DNA of 64,000 nucleotides from the NCBI RefSeq assembly GCF_004010195.1, contig NC_057719.1:23835629-23899628 (forward strand), read 5' to 3'. Positions within the stretch are counted from its first letter, which is position 1, and each line of letters opens with the position of its first letter. The notes under the pieces were generated by a model. The model ran no database searches. It was not told where the DNA came from and saw nothing but the letters and a program-made list of their open reading frames with translations. This document shows positions 52,471-64,000 of this stretch, piece by piece. Source of the stretch: Chiloscyllium plagiosum (lineage: Eukaryota). A program made the translations under genes and the position numbers.

Positions 52471-53640
52471 TAACCCTATACTATGTATTCATGTGTGAAT
52501 CTTTACCAATTCATTACTCTGTCATCACATTTGGCCATTTCTTTCACACCATATGTTTTTCACTTTCTGGCTGTTTTCCTGCACACAGAATTGGCAATGC
52601 AATGTTGCTTAATTTGTTGAGCCATTTCAAAACTCAGTAGCAGCTAATGGCTTCTGGAGTCAACATTTCTGATTCTACGAAGGTGCTCATTAACTTGTGT
52701 GTCTTCCCAATATTACAAAGTCTAGAAAGTTAAATGCACAAGATTGACATAAATAAGTACTAAATCTTTCTCTTCCAAAAGTATTTACTTCTAACTTCCT
52801 TTTAGTTGACATCTCAAGGGTGGGATATTAGTTCAAAGTTGTTCAGATCTAAATATATTTTTACTTATTTATTATTTGTGTTCACTTTATCTCAACTTTT
52901 TCTCATCGTAACATAAAATTGCTTCAAGCCACTGGGTATTTATATGAGATGTCATTTTGATTAGGGTGTCTTCAAAATTGCATTTTTCATTTTGCCCTTG
53001 TTTCCAACGGATTCACAATAAATAATTAGAATGGTGACGCCATTTCTCATTACTGCCACTTGCTAGTATGTAGAACATTAATATCTGAAAGGTAACTGGG
53101 CGACAACCTGCAGCTGAGATTAAGGCATCTAAGGGAAAGTTTAGTAAGTTCAGTAGTGTCAAAATGTGAGAGGGCCTGTCACTGGAAGCAAACTTTGCAC
53201 TATAAAACATTAAAGAGCTACTTGAAAATAATTTTCCACTTATTTTAGATTAATTGGATTCTGAGTTTATTATTTAGTAAACAAGATCTCATTTCATGAT
53301 CTCACTTTAATATATCTACTAGTTTGATTTTCTTTTGGAACTTGAGGAAAAATAGAGACTCCCAATTCCCTGAAAAAGAGTGCTGTATTGGGATAGAGGA
53401 GCAGAGGGATCTAGATATTGGTGATTATAAATCTACACCTATCTAGAGGTAGAGTCGTTGATTAAAGAAATCATTTAAAATGTGTAAACACAGGACTGAG
53501 GGGAACTTCCAGAGGGATTGAATTGAAAAGCAGATTATGATTTTGTTCAAAACCTTGGTTAAGCCAAATCTGAAGAGATCTGGTCTCCAAAAATGGATTT
53601 GTGTCCTGAAGAAAATACAAGAAAGCTTTATTAGGATGCT

Positions 53641-53829
53641 CGGAGAAAGTGAGTACTGCAGATGCTGGTGATCAGAGTAGAGAGTGTGGGGCTGGAAAAG
53701 CATAGCAGGTCTGGCAGCATCCGAGAAGCAGGAGAATCGACATTTCGGGCATAAACCCTTCATCCTGACTCTCCTGCTCCTCCGATGCTGTCTGACCTGC
53801 TGCGCTTTTCCAGCACCACAATCTCGACC
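53641..53829. mobile_element. PLE-derived inverted element with 13-bp TSD
   Basis: TTATTAGGATGCT at 53628-53640 and 53830-53842. Confidence 0.85.
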
Positions 53830-54423
53830 TTATTAGGATGCTACCAGAACCCTAAAATTTTGCACTCTTCAGGATAGATTGAACAGGCTGGGGCTCTTCG
53901 CTGTAGCAAAGAAAAGATGGAAGTGTAACAGAGATATGATTGCTAATTTGTTTGATCAGGTGGAAGTAGGGAAGATGCTGCCGATTGCGAGAGCAAGTAG
54001 TCATAAATAGAGTGTAGTCATTAATAAAATCACTGGGGTATTTGGTAGAATTTGTTTTGTCTAAACAATGATTAGTATGTAGAACTTTGCCACAAGGATT
54101 AGTTGAGACACTTAGCGTTGATGCATTTAAGGGGAAGTTTTTTAAAAAAGCACAGTTATAGAAAAATACATTGGGGTTAGATGAAGGCTGCAGTGGAGCA
54201 TAAGCACGAGAATGAACATGTGGCCTGACCTGGTTCTGTGTCACTAATACTGGATAATTAATTGACATGGTTTATAATAGAAATCATGTCAAAAATATAC
54301 ATTTAAGACTCCTTGATTTCGGTAAAATTTCAGGTATCTCTTTACTGTTGCTTTGCATTTTATTTCATTTATGGTGCATTTTAATATTGAGCGATATTTT
54401 AAAGCTGTTTTTTTCTAACTTAG

Positions 54424-54513
54424 ACCCATGATCATTCAATGTGTATCAGGCCACCACTACCACCTTACGATGTCCATCAGCAAAATGTGACTTTTAAGTT
54501 GCAAGGATCATTT
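54424..54513 (+). CDS. GALC: GALC exon 11
   Basis: tttag|[30 protein letters not shown]|gtaagt; 90 nt. Confidence 0.95.
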
Positions 54514-55868
54514 GTAAGTACCATTAGTTGATCAGTGCATATTGTTTTTGTGTATGTGAGAGGAAATTATTTTGTAGTTACATTTTGTCATTATTTAATA
54601 ATAGTCACCATCAGAATTCCCTTTTTTAAAATCTTCTGCATGGGCCTCCCAAGACCCGTGCACAGTCATGACTTCCAGAACTGGAAATCAATGCTGCAAT
54701 CCACATCAGCATGCTGATTGCCACGCACCCAAATATCAGAGAATAGAGTGAACATTGGTCATGAATAATAAAGTTGCATGCGGACTGTGAATTGGAGAGT
54801 AGCACAATGATGTGATTCAATATACTCCTTCTCAAAGTTTATTGAAACCCCTCCTTCACAGTCGATATGTGTCAATGTTAAATATTGCTGTTTCCTCCCT
54901 CTTGTCTCAGGCAGAGGCATAATTTGATTTGATTTATTGTAGTCATGTGTACCTGAGTACAGTGAAAAGCTTTGTCTATCAAGCAGTACAGGCAGATCAT
55001 AGCAATCATACAGTGCTTCGATAGAGCGAGATATACAGGTTACTCAGCAAGATCAGCATTATTTGAAAGTGGTTAAGGAGTCCAGTCATTAGTCGAATAG
55101 TGACAGGGAAGACGTTGTTCTTGAACCTGTTGGTGTGTGTATTCAAGCTTCTGTATCTTCTACCTGGTGAAAGAGGATATAGGAGAGCATTATCCTGATG
55201 GTAGGGGTCTTTGAGCCTTTCCATGCAACAAGAAGTATAAATAGAGTCCATGGATGGCAGATTGACTTCCATGATGGTCTGGGCTGTGCTCTATATTTTA
55301 CTGAAAAAGTGGTTTTACACTAGCATCCACTGTAATAGGAAATTCAATCTGTTGCCTATTTGAGAATGAGATAAATGATGTTGAGATACTTCCCAATAAT
55401 GTTCCTTGATTCTGTTCCAACTGAAAAGAGGAACATGCAGTAAAATGTATTTGTTTACTTATATTTCCACTGGAATGAAATCAACATTTAGTTTCTTAGT
55501 ATTTCTAAAATTAGAGCATTTAGATGTATTGAGTTATATAACCACTTTAACACCATCTGGATTAAGAAAACAGGCTGTGCTAATGCATAAACATTGTTAT
55601 TACAGAACGTTGCACACTCAATTTATGCTTGACACAGGAGGAACTGAAAAAAAAAGACCTATCTCTTCAATGAGAAGAGAACTTCTGGGATAATGTATAT
55701 GTGACTAAGATATAATCAAAGACCTAAGCCTATATTAATGACTAATTTTATTAGTTTAAGATGGTTTGTGGTAACAATTTTGAGAGACTTATTTATAGAT
55801 TTAAATATTATTTTCCTTTGTTTAAATATATATGCAATGATTAATAACCTATGTTTAAATTTCTTCAG

Positions 55869-55958
55869 AAAAATATTAAAGCTTTAAAAGTATGGCATTC
55901 AAAGTTTGACTTTGTCAAGAATTCATCAACATTTTTTAACCAGTTGTCTGAAATCAAG
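55869..55958 (+). CDS. GALC: GALC exon 12
   Basis: ttcag|KNIKALKVWHSKFDFVKNSSTFFNQLSEIK|gtaatt; 90 nt, LxVW motif. Confidence 0.9.
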
Positions 55959-56738
55959 GTAATTCTTGTCTCTTGACCAACTAAAATGATACTTTTTTTA
56001 AATTCTGATTTTCTAACATGCTGTTTTAGCTGAAAAGGTTAGCAATGCACAGTGAGAGTTACAAAATGAATTTGACTAAGTTCTTCCTCATTTCTAAGCT
56101 ATATTACTAGCCTTCCTTGTCTCCTTATTCATCTCTGTTGTTGCCACATAACTGATATCATCATAGAATCATAATTAAATCGAGATAAGGTGTCATTTTA
56201 GTTAGCATTTCATACCACATCAGCTTGAGAAAGTTTGTTAAGCCATAATATTGCAGTGGCATCTTTCATTTAAGTCCAATGTTGGGGATCTACAAGTAGC
56301 TCATACCTGAACGGTTTTGGAGGAATTGATTAGTACCTTGACTTCACAAGCCAGTAAACTGTTGGAAGATTAGAGTTTTTGGTTTCATTTCTAATTGAGC
56401 CACACCTTAATCTACAGAAATCTGAGAGGAAGACAAATACCAATGAGAGCACACACTCTTTAACAAGTCAGTTCAGAAACTTTCTCGTTAGTAAAATTAA
56501 TTTAGCTCACTAGCAGTTCCACACTTTGTTTTGGTTGTAGTATGAAATGGATAAAAAAATCATTAAATTTTATTCTTTTCATTTTTTTGTGTTTAAAAAA
56601 GCTTGCTGGTTTACATTGGACAGCAGCCCACCTTGTAGAATCTAATATAGGCACACAGTTACACCTTCAAATCCTGCTTTTTAAAGCATGCTGCAATTGC
56701 AGAAATTCTTGATTTTTACATTAATTATTCTAATTCAG

Positions 56739-56883
56739 CCCATTAATGGATCATTTTCACTACAATTGGAGCTGGATGAAATATTCACTATAACCACCAT
56801 CAGCACAGGAAATCGAGGCAGCTTCCCTGAACCACCACCCTCTACATCATTTCCCAGAGTATATAAGGACAACTTTAATGTTG
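56739..56883 (+). CDS. GALC: GALC exon 13
   Basis: ttcag|[48 protein letters not shown]|gtaagt; 145 nt. Confidence 0.95.
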
Positions 56884-57105
56884 GTAAGTGAGCAAATAAA
56901 AAGAATAATTTAAAGCATCATAACTTGTCTGTGTCCAGCATGGGAAACGTAAAGTAATGTACAAGTGTTATAACAAGTATTTTGTAATCATCAACATAAT
57001 GAGTCAGCATATTTTGCATAGTTTTTAAGTGAAAGCTAATACAAAATACACACACAAATATTGTCCTTTTACCATATCTCACAAAGCTGTAAGAGCAATA
57101 CAGTT

Positions 57106-59524
57106 ATAGAGTCATAAAGATGTACACCATGGAAACAGACCCTTCGGTCCAACCCGTCCATGCCAACCATATATCCCAACCTAGTCTAGTCCTACCTGCC
57201 AGCATCTGGCCCATATCCCTCCAAACCCTTCCTATTCATATACCCATGCAAATGCCTCTTAAATGTTGCAATTGTACCAGCCTCCACCACATCCTCTGGC
57301 AGCTCATTCCATACACGTATCACCACCTATGTGAAAAAGTTGCCCCTTGGGTCTCTTTTTTTTAATATCTTTCCCCTCTCACCCTAAACCTACGCCCTCT
57401 AGTTCTGGACTCCCCGAGCCCAGGACTTTGCCTATTTACCCTATCCATGCCCCTCATAATTTTGTAAACCTCTATAAGGTCACCTCTCAGCCTCTGACGC
57501 TCCAAGGAAAACAGCCCCAGCCAATTTAGCCACTCCCTATAGCTCAAATCCTCCAACCTTGGCAACATCCTTGTAAATCCGATAGGAAGGAGACCAGAAT
57601 TGCACGCAGTATTCCAACAGTGGCCTAACCAATGTCCTGTACAGCCGCAACATGACCTCCCAACTCCTGTACTCAATACTCTGACCAATAAAGGAAAGCA
57701 TACCAAATGCCATCTTCACTATCCTATCTACCTGTGACTCCACTTTCAAGGAGCTATGAACCTGCACTCCAAGGTCTCTTTGNNNNNNNNNNNNNNNNNN
57801 NNNNNNNNNNNNNNNNNNNNNNNNNNNNNNNNNNNNNNNNNNNNNNNNNNNNNNNNNNNNNNNNNNNNNNNNNNNNNNNNNNNNNNNNNNNNNNNNNNNN
57901 NNNNNNNNNNNNNNNNNNNNNNNNNNNNNNNNNNNNNNNNNNNNNNNNNNNNNNNNNNNNNNNNNNNNNNNNNNNNNNNNNNNNNNNNNNNNNNNNNNNN
58001 NNNNNNNNNNNNNNNNNNNNNNNNNNNNNNNNNNNNNNNNNNNNNNNNNNNNNNNNNNNNNNNNNNNNNNNNNNNNNNNNNNNNNNNNNNNNNNNNNNNN
58101 NNNNNNNNNNNNNNNNNNNNNNNNNNNNNNNNNNNNNNNNNNNNNNNNNNNNNNNNNNNNNNNNNNNNNNNNNNNNNNNNNNNNNNNNNNNNNNNNNNNN
58201 NNNNNNNNNNNNNNNNNNNNNNNNNNNNNNNNNNNNNNNNNNNNNNNNNNNNNNNNNNNNNNNNNNNNNNNNNNNNNNNNNNNNNNNNNNNNNNNNNNNN
58301 NNNNNNNNNNNNNNNNNNNNNNNNNNNNNNNNNNNNNNNNNNNNNNNNNNNNNNNNNNNNNNNNNNNNNNNNNNNNNNNNNNNNNNNNNNNNNNNNNNNN
58401 NNNNNNNNNNNNNNNNNNNNNNNNNNNNNNNNNNNNNNNNNNNNNNNNNNNNNNNNNNNNNNNNNNNNNNNNNNNNNNNNNNNNNNNNNNNNNNNNNNNN
58501 NNNNNNNNNNNNNNNNNNNNNNNNNNNNNNNNNNNNNNNNNNNNNNNNNNNNNNNNNNNNNNNNNNNNNNNNNNNNNNNNNNNNNNNNNNNNNNNNNNNN
58601 NNNNNNNNNNNNNNNNNNNNNNNNNNNNNNNNNNNNNNNNNNNNNNNNNNNNNNNNNNNNNNNNNNNNNNNNNNNNNNNNNNNNNNNNNNNNNNNNNNNN
58701 CTATACCTACCAGCCTTTCCTTTCACCCTAACAGGAATATACTTTCTCTGGATTCTCGTTATCTAATTCCTGAAGGCTTCCCATTTTCCAGCCATCCCCT
58801 TACTTGCGAACATCTGCCCCCAATCAGCTTTTGAAAGTTCTTGTCTAATACTGTCAAAATTGGCCTTTCTCCAATTTAGAAATTCAACTTTTAGATCTGG
58901 TCTATCCTTTTCCATCACTATTTTAAATCTAATATAATTATGGTCACTGGCCCCAAAGTGTTCCCCTACTGACACCTCAGTCACCTGCCCTGCCTTATTT
59001 CCCAAAAGTAGGTCAGGTTTTGCACCTTTTCTAGTAGGTACATCCACATACTGAAAATTGCCTTGTACGCACCTAAGAAATTCCTCTCCATCTAAACCTT
59101 TAACACTTTGGCAGTCGCAGTGTATGTTTGGAAAGTTAAAATCCCCTACCATAACCACCCTATTATTTTTACAGATAGCGGAGATCTCTTTACAAGTTTG
59201 TTTCTCAATTTCCCTCTGACTATTGTGGGGGTCTATAATACAATCCCAATAAGGTGATCATCCCTTTCTTATTTCTCAATTCCACCCAAATATCTTCCCT
59301 GGATGTATTCCCGGGAATATCCTCCCTCAGTACGGCTGTAATGCTATCCCTTATCAAAAATGCCACTCCCCCCCTCCTCTCTTGCCTCTCTTTCTATCCT
59401 TCCTGGAGCATTAAGCTGCCAGTCCTGCCCATCCCTGAGCCATGTTTCTGTAATTGCTATGATGTCCCAGTCCCATGTTCCTAACCATGTTCATCTGCCT
59501 TCCCTGTTAGGCCCCTTGCATTTG
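57106..59524 (-). mobile_element. CR1/HER1-like LINE (endonuclease to 3' end; spans N gap 57783-58700)
   Basis: VGDFNFPNI, PTRKGA..DLLLGN, SDHN (APE); LVRPLLEYCVQFWSP, LRGDLIEVYKIM. Confidence 0.92.
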
Positions 59525-60984
59525 TAAGTATTTTGTTTTTCCACAGCCCTTTGTTCATGGCACGGAATCTTTATCATTTCCATGGAACACAAACTGCAAA
59601 GTTTGATGATAACCAAAGTTACAGAAGCTGAAGGAGCTGAAAATAGCATGACCAGTGCCTCTGAACAATTCTGGTGCAGCCTACACTGTGTGCCATGTTC
59701 AAGGACACTGAAAACATGCAGACTTTGCAGGATGTGACATCAGCAATCTCTTTGGTTGAATGGATGCATGTGCTGCGATCTTGGGTCATATTAGTCTAGT
59801 TAACTCTCCCTTTAGATATTTTAATAAACCTGTTCAGATGTGTCACAGCTTGTCTGGGGCAGGGGTAGGGACATTACCACTGCAGCAGCACAAGAGTCCT
59901 AATCTCTCTTTATATATTTTCTAATCAACCTGTTTAGTGATGTTACACACCTCTGGAGCAGGTAGAACTTGAGCCCAGATACTTAGTAATTCCTCTCTTT
60001 ATTTTCTTCTTGTTTGTAGAAGTGCTATAAAGAGGTTTTTTTTCCATCACCAAGTCAAACATATAACCTTTCACCTGTTATCCAGCACCACTAAATCACC
60101 CAGGTTCCAATTGATCAATTTACGTGTAAAGCCTTTCAAGGTAATCCCCTCATCACTCCCAGCTAAAAGTATGTCATTTGTAGAAGGGATTTAATAGTAT
60201 TATTTCAATAATCAATTATCCTATGTTATTGGTGAGGAGCATTTGACTTACCTTTGCTGTTATAAATTTAGTTCAGAGGAGTACTGTGATGTGTTCTGGG
60301 AGGCACTTTGGTGACCTGTTATTTTGAAGTGAATCTTGCTGCTTCCTCATGGGGTGTAACAGAAATTTTTCTTCTGAATGTTCTCCACAATGCCCAGTGC
60401 AGCTGGTTCAATTGCAGCTGTTCAAACAAGATAAAGTATTGCCTGAGTGTTCTAGAAAGGACAACACCTTCAGGCCTGCCTATATGTGTCCTAGCAATAT
60501 GTGTCCGTCTGTTCCCTGCTCCAAGGGAAAAAGTGTGTTCCACAAAACTGCAGATGTCAGCACCTAACTGCAATGACAGCCTGAACCTCCTAAGGCACGG
60601 TTGTTCCGATAAATCAAGAGAGCTAATGCTCTGAATGTAGACCTGGTTATGCTGCTGATAGTGGCGTGTGGTCTCTGCTCTTGTTGACCAACAAAGGAGA
60701 CTGGACCAGACTGCTGTAGGAACTAGTCTTAGCAAGTTGGTGATTGTGAAAAGCTTAACAAAATTCATTTAAATGTAACCAGTCATCTGATGTATTTAAC
60801 AGTGCTAAACTCATGAGGTGCCGCAGAGCATAAATTGGTGTGGTTGTACTTGATTTCCCTTTCTTTCAAGCAATTAGAATATTTTTTGGTTGGTATGACT
60901 TTAATATGGTTTTGAAGCCCTTGATGTTGATACGGAGTTTGATAAATACATTTAATCTTGCTGTTCAAATTATCTGTGATCCAG

Positions 60985-61165
60985 AGAGCCCACCATTCAG
61001 TGAAGCACCTAATTTTGCTGACCAGACTGGAGTGTTTGAGTACTTCATAAACTACCAAGATCCTGGTGACCATGTGTATACCCTACGCCAGGTCATAACT
61101 CAGCGACCTATAACTTGGGGAAATGATGCTGACCAAACAATTAGTGTTATTGGTAACTACAATTG
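60985..61165 (+). CDS. GALC: GALC exon 14 (start of lectin domain)
   Basis: tccag|(E)[59 protein letters not shown](W)|gtaagg; 181 nt. Confidence 0.96.
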
Positions 61166-62029
61166 GTAAGGCTTTATTTTGTTAAATTAAAATATTTAAA
61201 CATGTGGAAATAGAACTTTCTTTGTGCACACAATATTTCTAGCAATTTCACTAAATTTCATTCACACTTGAACTTCTCATTGTTGTTAAACTTTGCAATG
61301 TCTCGGGTGTGTTGATTTCATTTTGATGCAGGAGAAATGAGTAGATTTATATTTCTATCTGCTGTAAGTCCTTGTTTAAAGTTGCCCGATTTAATGTTGT
61401 TTTGCTTTAAAAGTTATAAGTTTTTTTTAAAATTCTAATTTCCTTGAGCATTACAATGTTCATTTTACTTTTATCTATCCAACCCGGCTGGTGCCATTTA
61501 GGTGCAGCCTTGTCCTTTCTGACTCTCTAACTTGAAGCTGTTTCTGGTGCGCAGCCTTCTGTAGCCTGTCATCATCCTTGACCTTCCAACTTGTGATCTC
61601 TCCTGGTGCTTGGCTTACAGCCTCTCCCTTTGTCAAATCCTCAGAGAGTAGAGCCCAAGCTATTGCTGCCCGAGCTCTGCACCAGGAAGCTTTCTCTTTG
61701 AGCTGTTGGCTGCCTGTTTGAGATGTTACTTCTTCCTAGCCATGTCATAGCCTGTGTCTGATGGACCTTTTTGAGATTTCTCTGGCCCTCTTGGCTTGCA
61801 TAGATACTTTGGCCTTCCTCTCCCTCCTGGTAAATGAAATAACTTCTAAAATAAATAAAATTTTGAAACTATTTTAACATACACCTTTCTACGTTAATGT
61901 CTCCTCACCACCAACCCTGCTACGTGTTTACTAATCCGGCTAGTTATGGCAGCTCCTTCCCTCCCGTGACAGAGGCCCAGGGAGGAGGAAAGGCCCCAAG
62001 TTGGAAGGGTAGAGAGAGACACATTCAGA

Positions 62030-63005
62030 GGGTCAGGAAGAGGAAGGGAGGCAAGAGAGGAGGGGGAGTGGCATTTNNNNNNNNNNNNNNNNNNNNNNNN
62101 NNNNNNNNNNNNNNNNNNNNNNNNNNNNNNNNNNNNNNNNNNNNNNNNNNNNNNNNNNNNNNNNNNNNNNNNNNNNNNNNNNNNNNNNNNNNNNNNNNNN
62201 NNNNNNNNNNNNNNNNNNNNNNNNNNNNNNNNNNNNNNNNNNNNNNNNNNNNNNNNNNNNNNNNNNNNNNNNNNNNNNNNNNNNNNNNNNNNNNNNNNNN
62301 NNNNNNNNNNNNNNNNNNNNNNNNNNNNNNNNNNNNNNNNNNNNNNNNNNNNNNNNNNNNNNNNNNNNNNNNNNNNNNNNNNNNNNNNNNNNNNNNNNNN
62401 NNNNNNNNNNNNNNNNNNNNNNNNNNNNNNNNNNNNNNNNNNNNNNNNNNNNNNNNNNNNNNNNNNNNNNNNNNNNNNNNNNNNNNNNNNNNNNNNNNNN
62501 NNNNNNNNNNNNNNNNNNNNNNNNNNNNNNNNNNNNNNNNNNNNNNNNNNNNNNNNNNNNNNNNNNNNNNNNNNNNAGGGAGAGGCTGAACAGGCTGGGG
62601 CTGTTTTCCTTGGAGTGTCGGAGGGTGAGGGGTGACCTTATAGAGGCTTACAAAATCATGAGGGGCATGGATAGGATAAATAGACAATTTCTTTTCCCTG
62701 GAATCAGGGTGTCCAGAATTAGAGGGCATAGGTTTTGGGTGAGAGGGGATAGATATAAAAGACCTAAGAGCCATCTTTTTCAGGCAGAGGGTGGCACGTG
62801 TATGGAATGAGCTGCCAGAGGAAATTGTGGAGGCTGGTACTATTGCAACATTTGAGGCATTTGGATGGGTATATGAATAGGAAGGGTTTGGAGGGATATG
62901 GGCTGTCTGCTGGCAGGTGGGACTAGATTGGGTTGGGATATCTGGTCGGCATGGACGGGTTGGACCGAAGGGTCTGCTTCCGTACTGTACATCTCTATGA
63001 TTCTA
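62030..63005 (+). mobile_element. CR1/HER1-like LINE (spans N gap 62077-62577)
   Basis: KRGGGVAF APE motif before the gap; RGDLIEAYKIMRG and 3' end after it. Confidence 0.88.
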
Positions 63006-64000
63006 ATTGAGAGGATCAGGGAAGAGATCAGCCAAAGATCGGAAGGCCAGGAGCTGGAAGGGATTAGAGGATCATGTAGGCCACAAGGCCATGATCCAGT
63101 AAGGAGGCCAAATAACAGCTGGCCAGAAAGGGGGAATGATCTAAAATTAATCAAATTTAATTTTTAATTTATTATATACTTTTTAAAATGATTTTTATTT
63201 ACCTATGTAGAAATCTAGTAAGTTAAAAGCATTTCAGCTAATAGAATATAACGCTTTTTTTTCTGATAAAGAACATTTCAAGGGAACCTAACTCCCATTT
63301 TGACATTGATTCCTCTGGGAATCTGCATTTCATGTTTTTTTTTAATTTTTGAAGTTGCAATTTTCAGGAACCACAATCTTAAAGAAGGACTTATTGCCTT
63401 GATAGTATTATCATTGATTTGGTGGGTTTTTTTAAAATGCTGTTAAGAGCCCATTTTTAAAAGGGATTTTTCAGATTTAAAAGAAAAAATTTCAGGACTG
63501 TTTGCTGAAGAGAAAATGGATTAGCATGGAATAAAGGTCAATAAGGAAAGAGAAAAGAAGGGATGAGCATGAAAAGTTAAGCTTGAGTGGTGAAACTGAA
63601 TTTCTAAACATTTATCGGTCCAAATTTATATTCTAGTGACAATAACCTCTGTCAACATGAAAGATAATTTCCTTATCTGGCTGTTTTCAGTTTTTGTTGC
63701 AGATGACAGCCACACTTTTTTCATCAAGTTATAAAACAGTCATCCATGATATATCATGAGCATTGTGAATTGAGGATATAATCTGTCAGATAAATCTCAT
63801 TTAAGTAAATGTAGTAAAATTGAGTTACGCTAGTTAGTTTGATAAAAATAGATGGTACAATTTGCAGTACGCTAGACAAATTATGTGTTGAATGTCAAAC
63901 CAAAAGTATACCAAAAATTAATGTCTTTAAATAGAAGTTACAACGGGCAGAAGAGAAGAACTTGTTCTATTTATGCAGCATGCAAAGCAAGTGGCACTTT

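Noticed and set aside
57707-58834. Long ORFs of 326-375 aa
   Set aside because: Artefacts of the N gap at 57783-58700.
61897-62774. ORFs of 230-249 aa
   Set aside because: They span the N gap at 62077-62577; the flanks are CR1 sequence.

Overview
Eukaryotic genomic DNA, not microbial. The HE1-type V-SINEs and CR1/HER1-like LINEs point to a shark, possibly a bamboo/carpet shark (inference). The window holds the 5' ~57 kb of a galactocerebrosidase gene (GALC, GH59) on the + strand. I traced exons 1-14 by hand, all with GT-AG sites and consistent phases; the remaining 3' exons lie beyond the window. The main observation is two intact, diverged copies of exon 7 (32583-32710 and 45785-45915; 21/44 aa identical). 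Including both or skipping both creates a premature stop, so they look like mutually exclusive exons swapping part of the catalytic TIM barrel. Intron 3 carries a decayed endogenous retrovirus with a foamy-like RT, tether plus RNase H, a CCHC gag and no recognisable env. The introns contain many Penelope-like-element-derived repeats with minimal hammerhead-ribozyme cores and 12-18 bp target-site duplications; one forms a ~94-bp-arm hairpin just upstream of exon 7a. Most other ORFs in the track are repeat remnants or noise. All calls come from reading the sequence; no searches were run.
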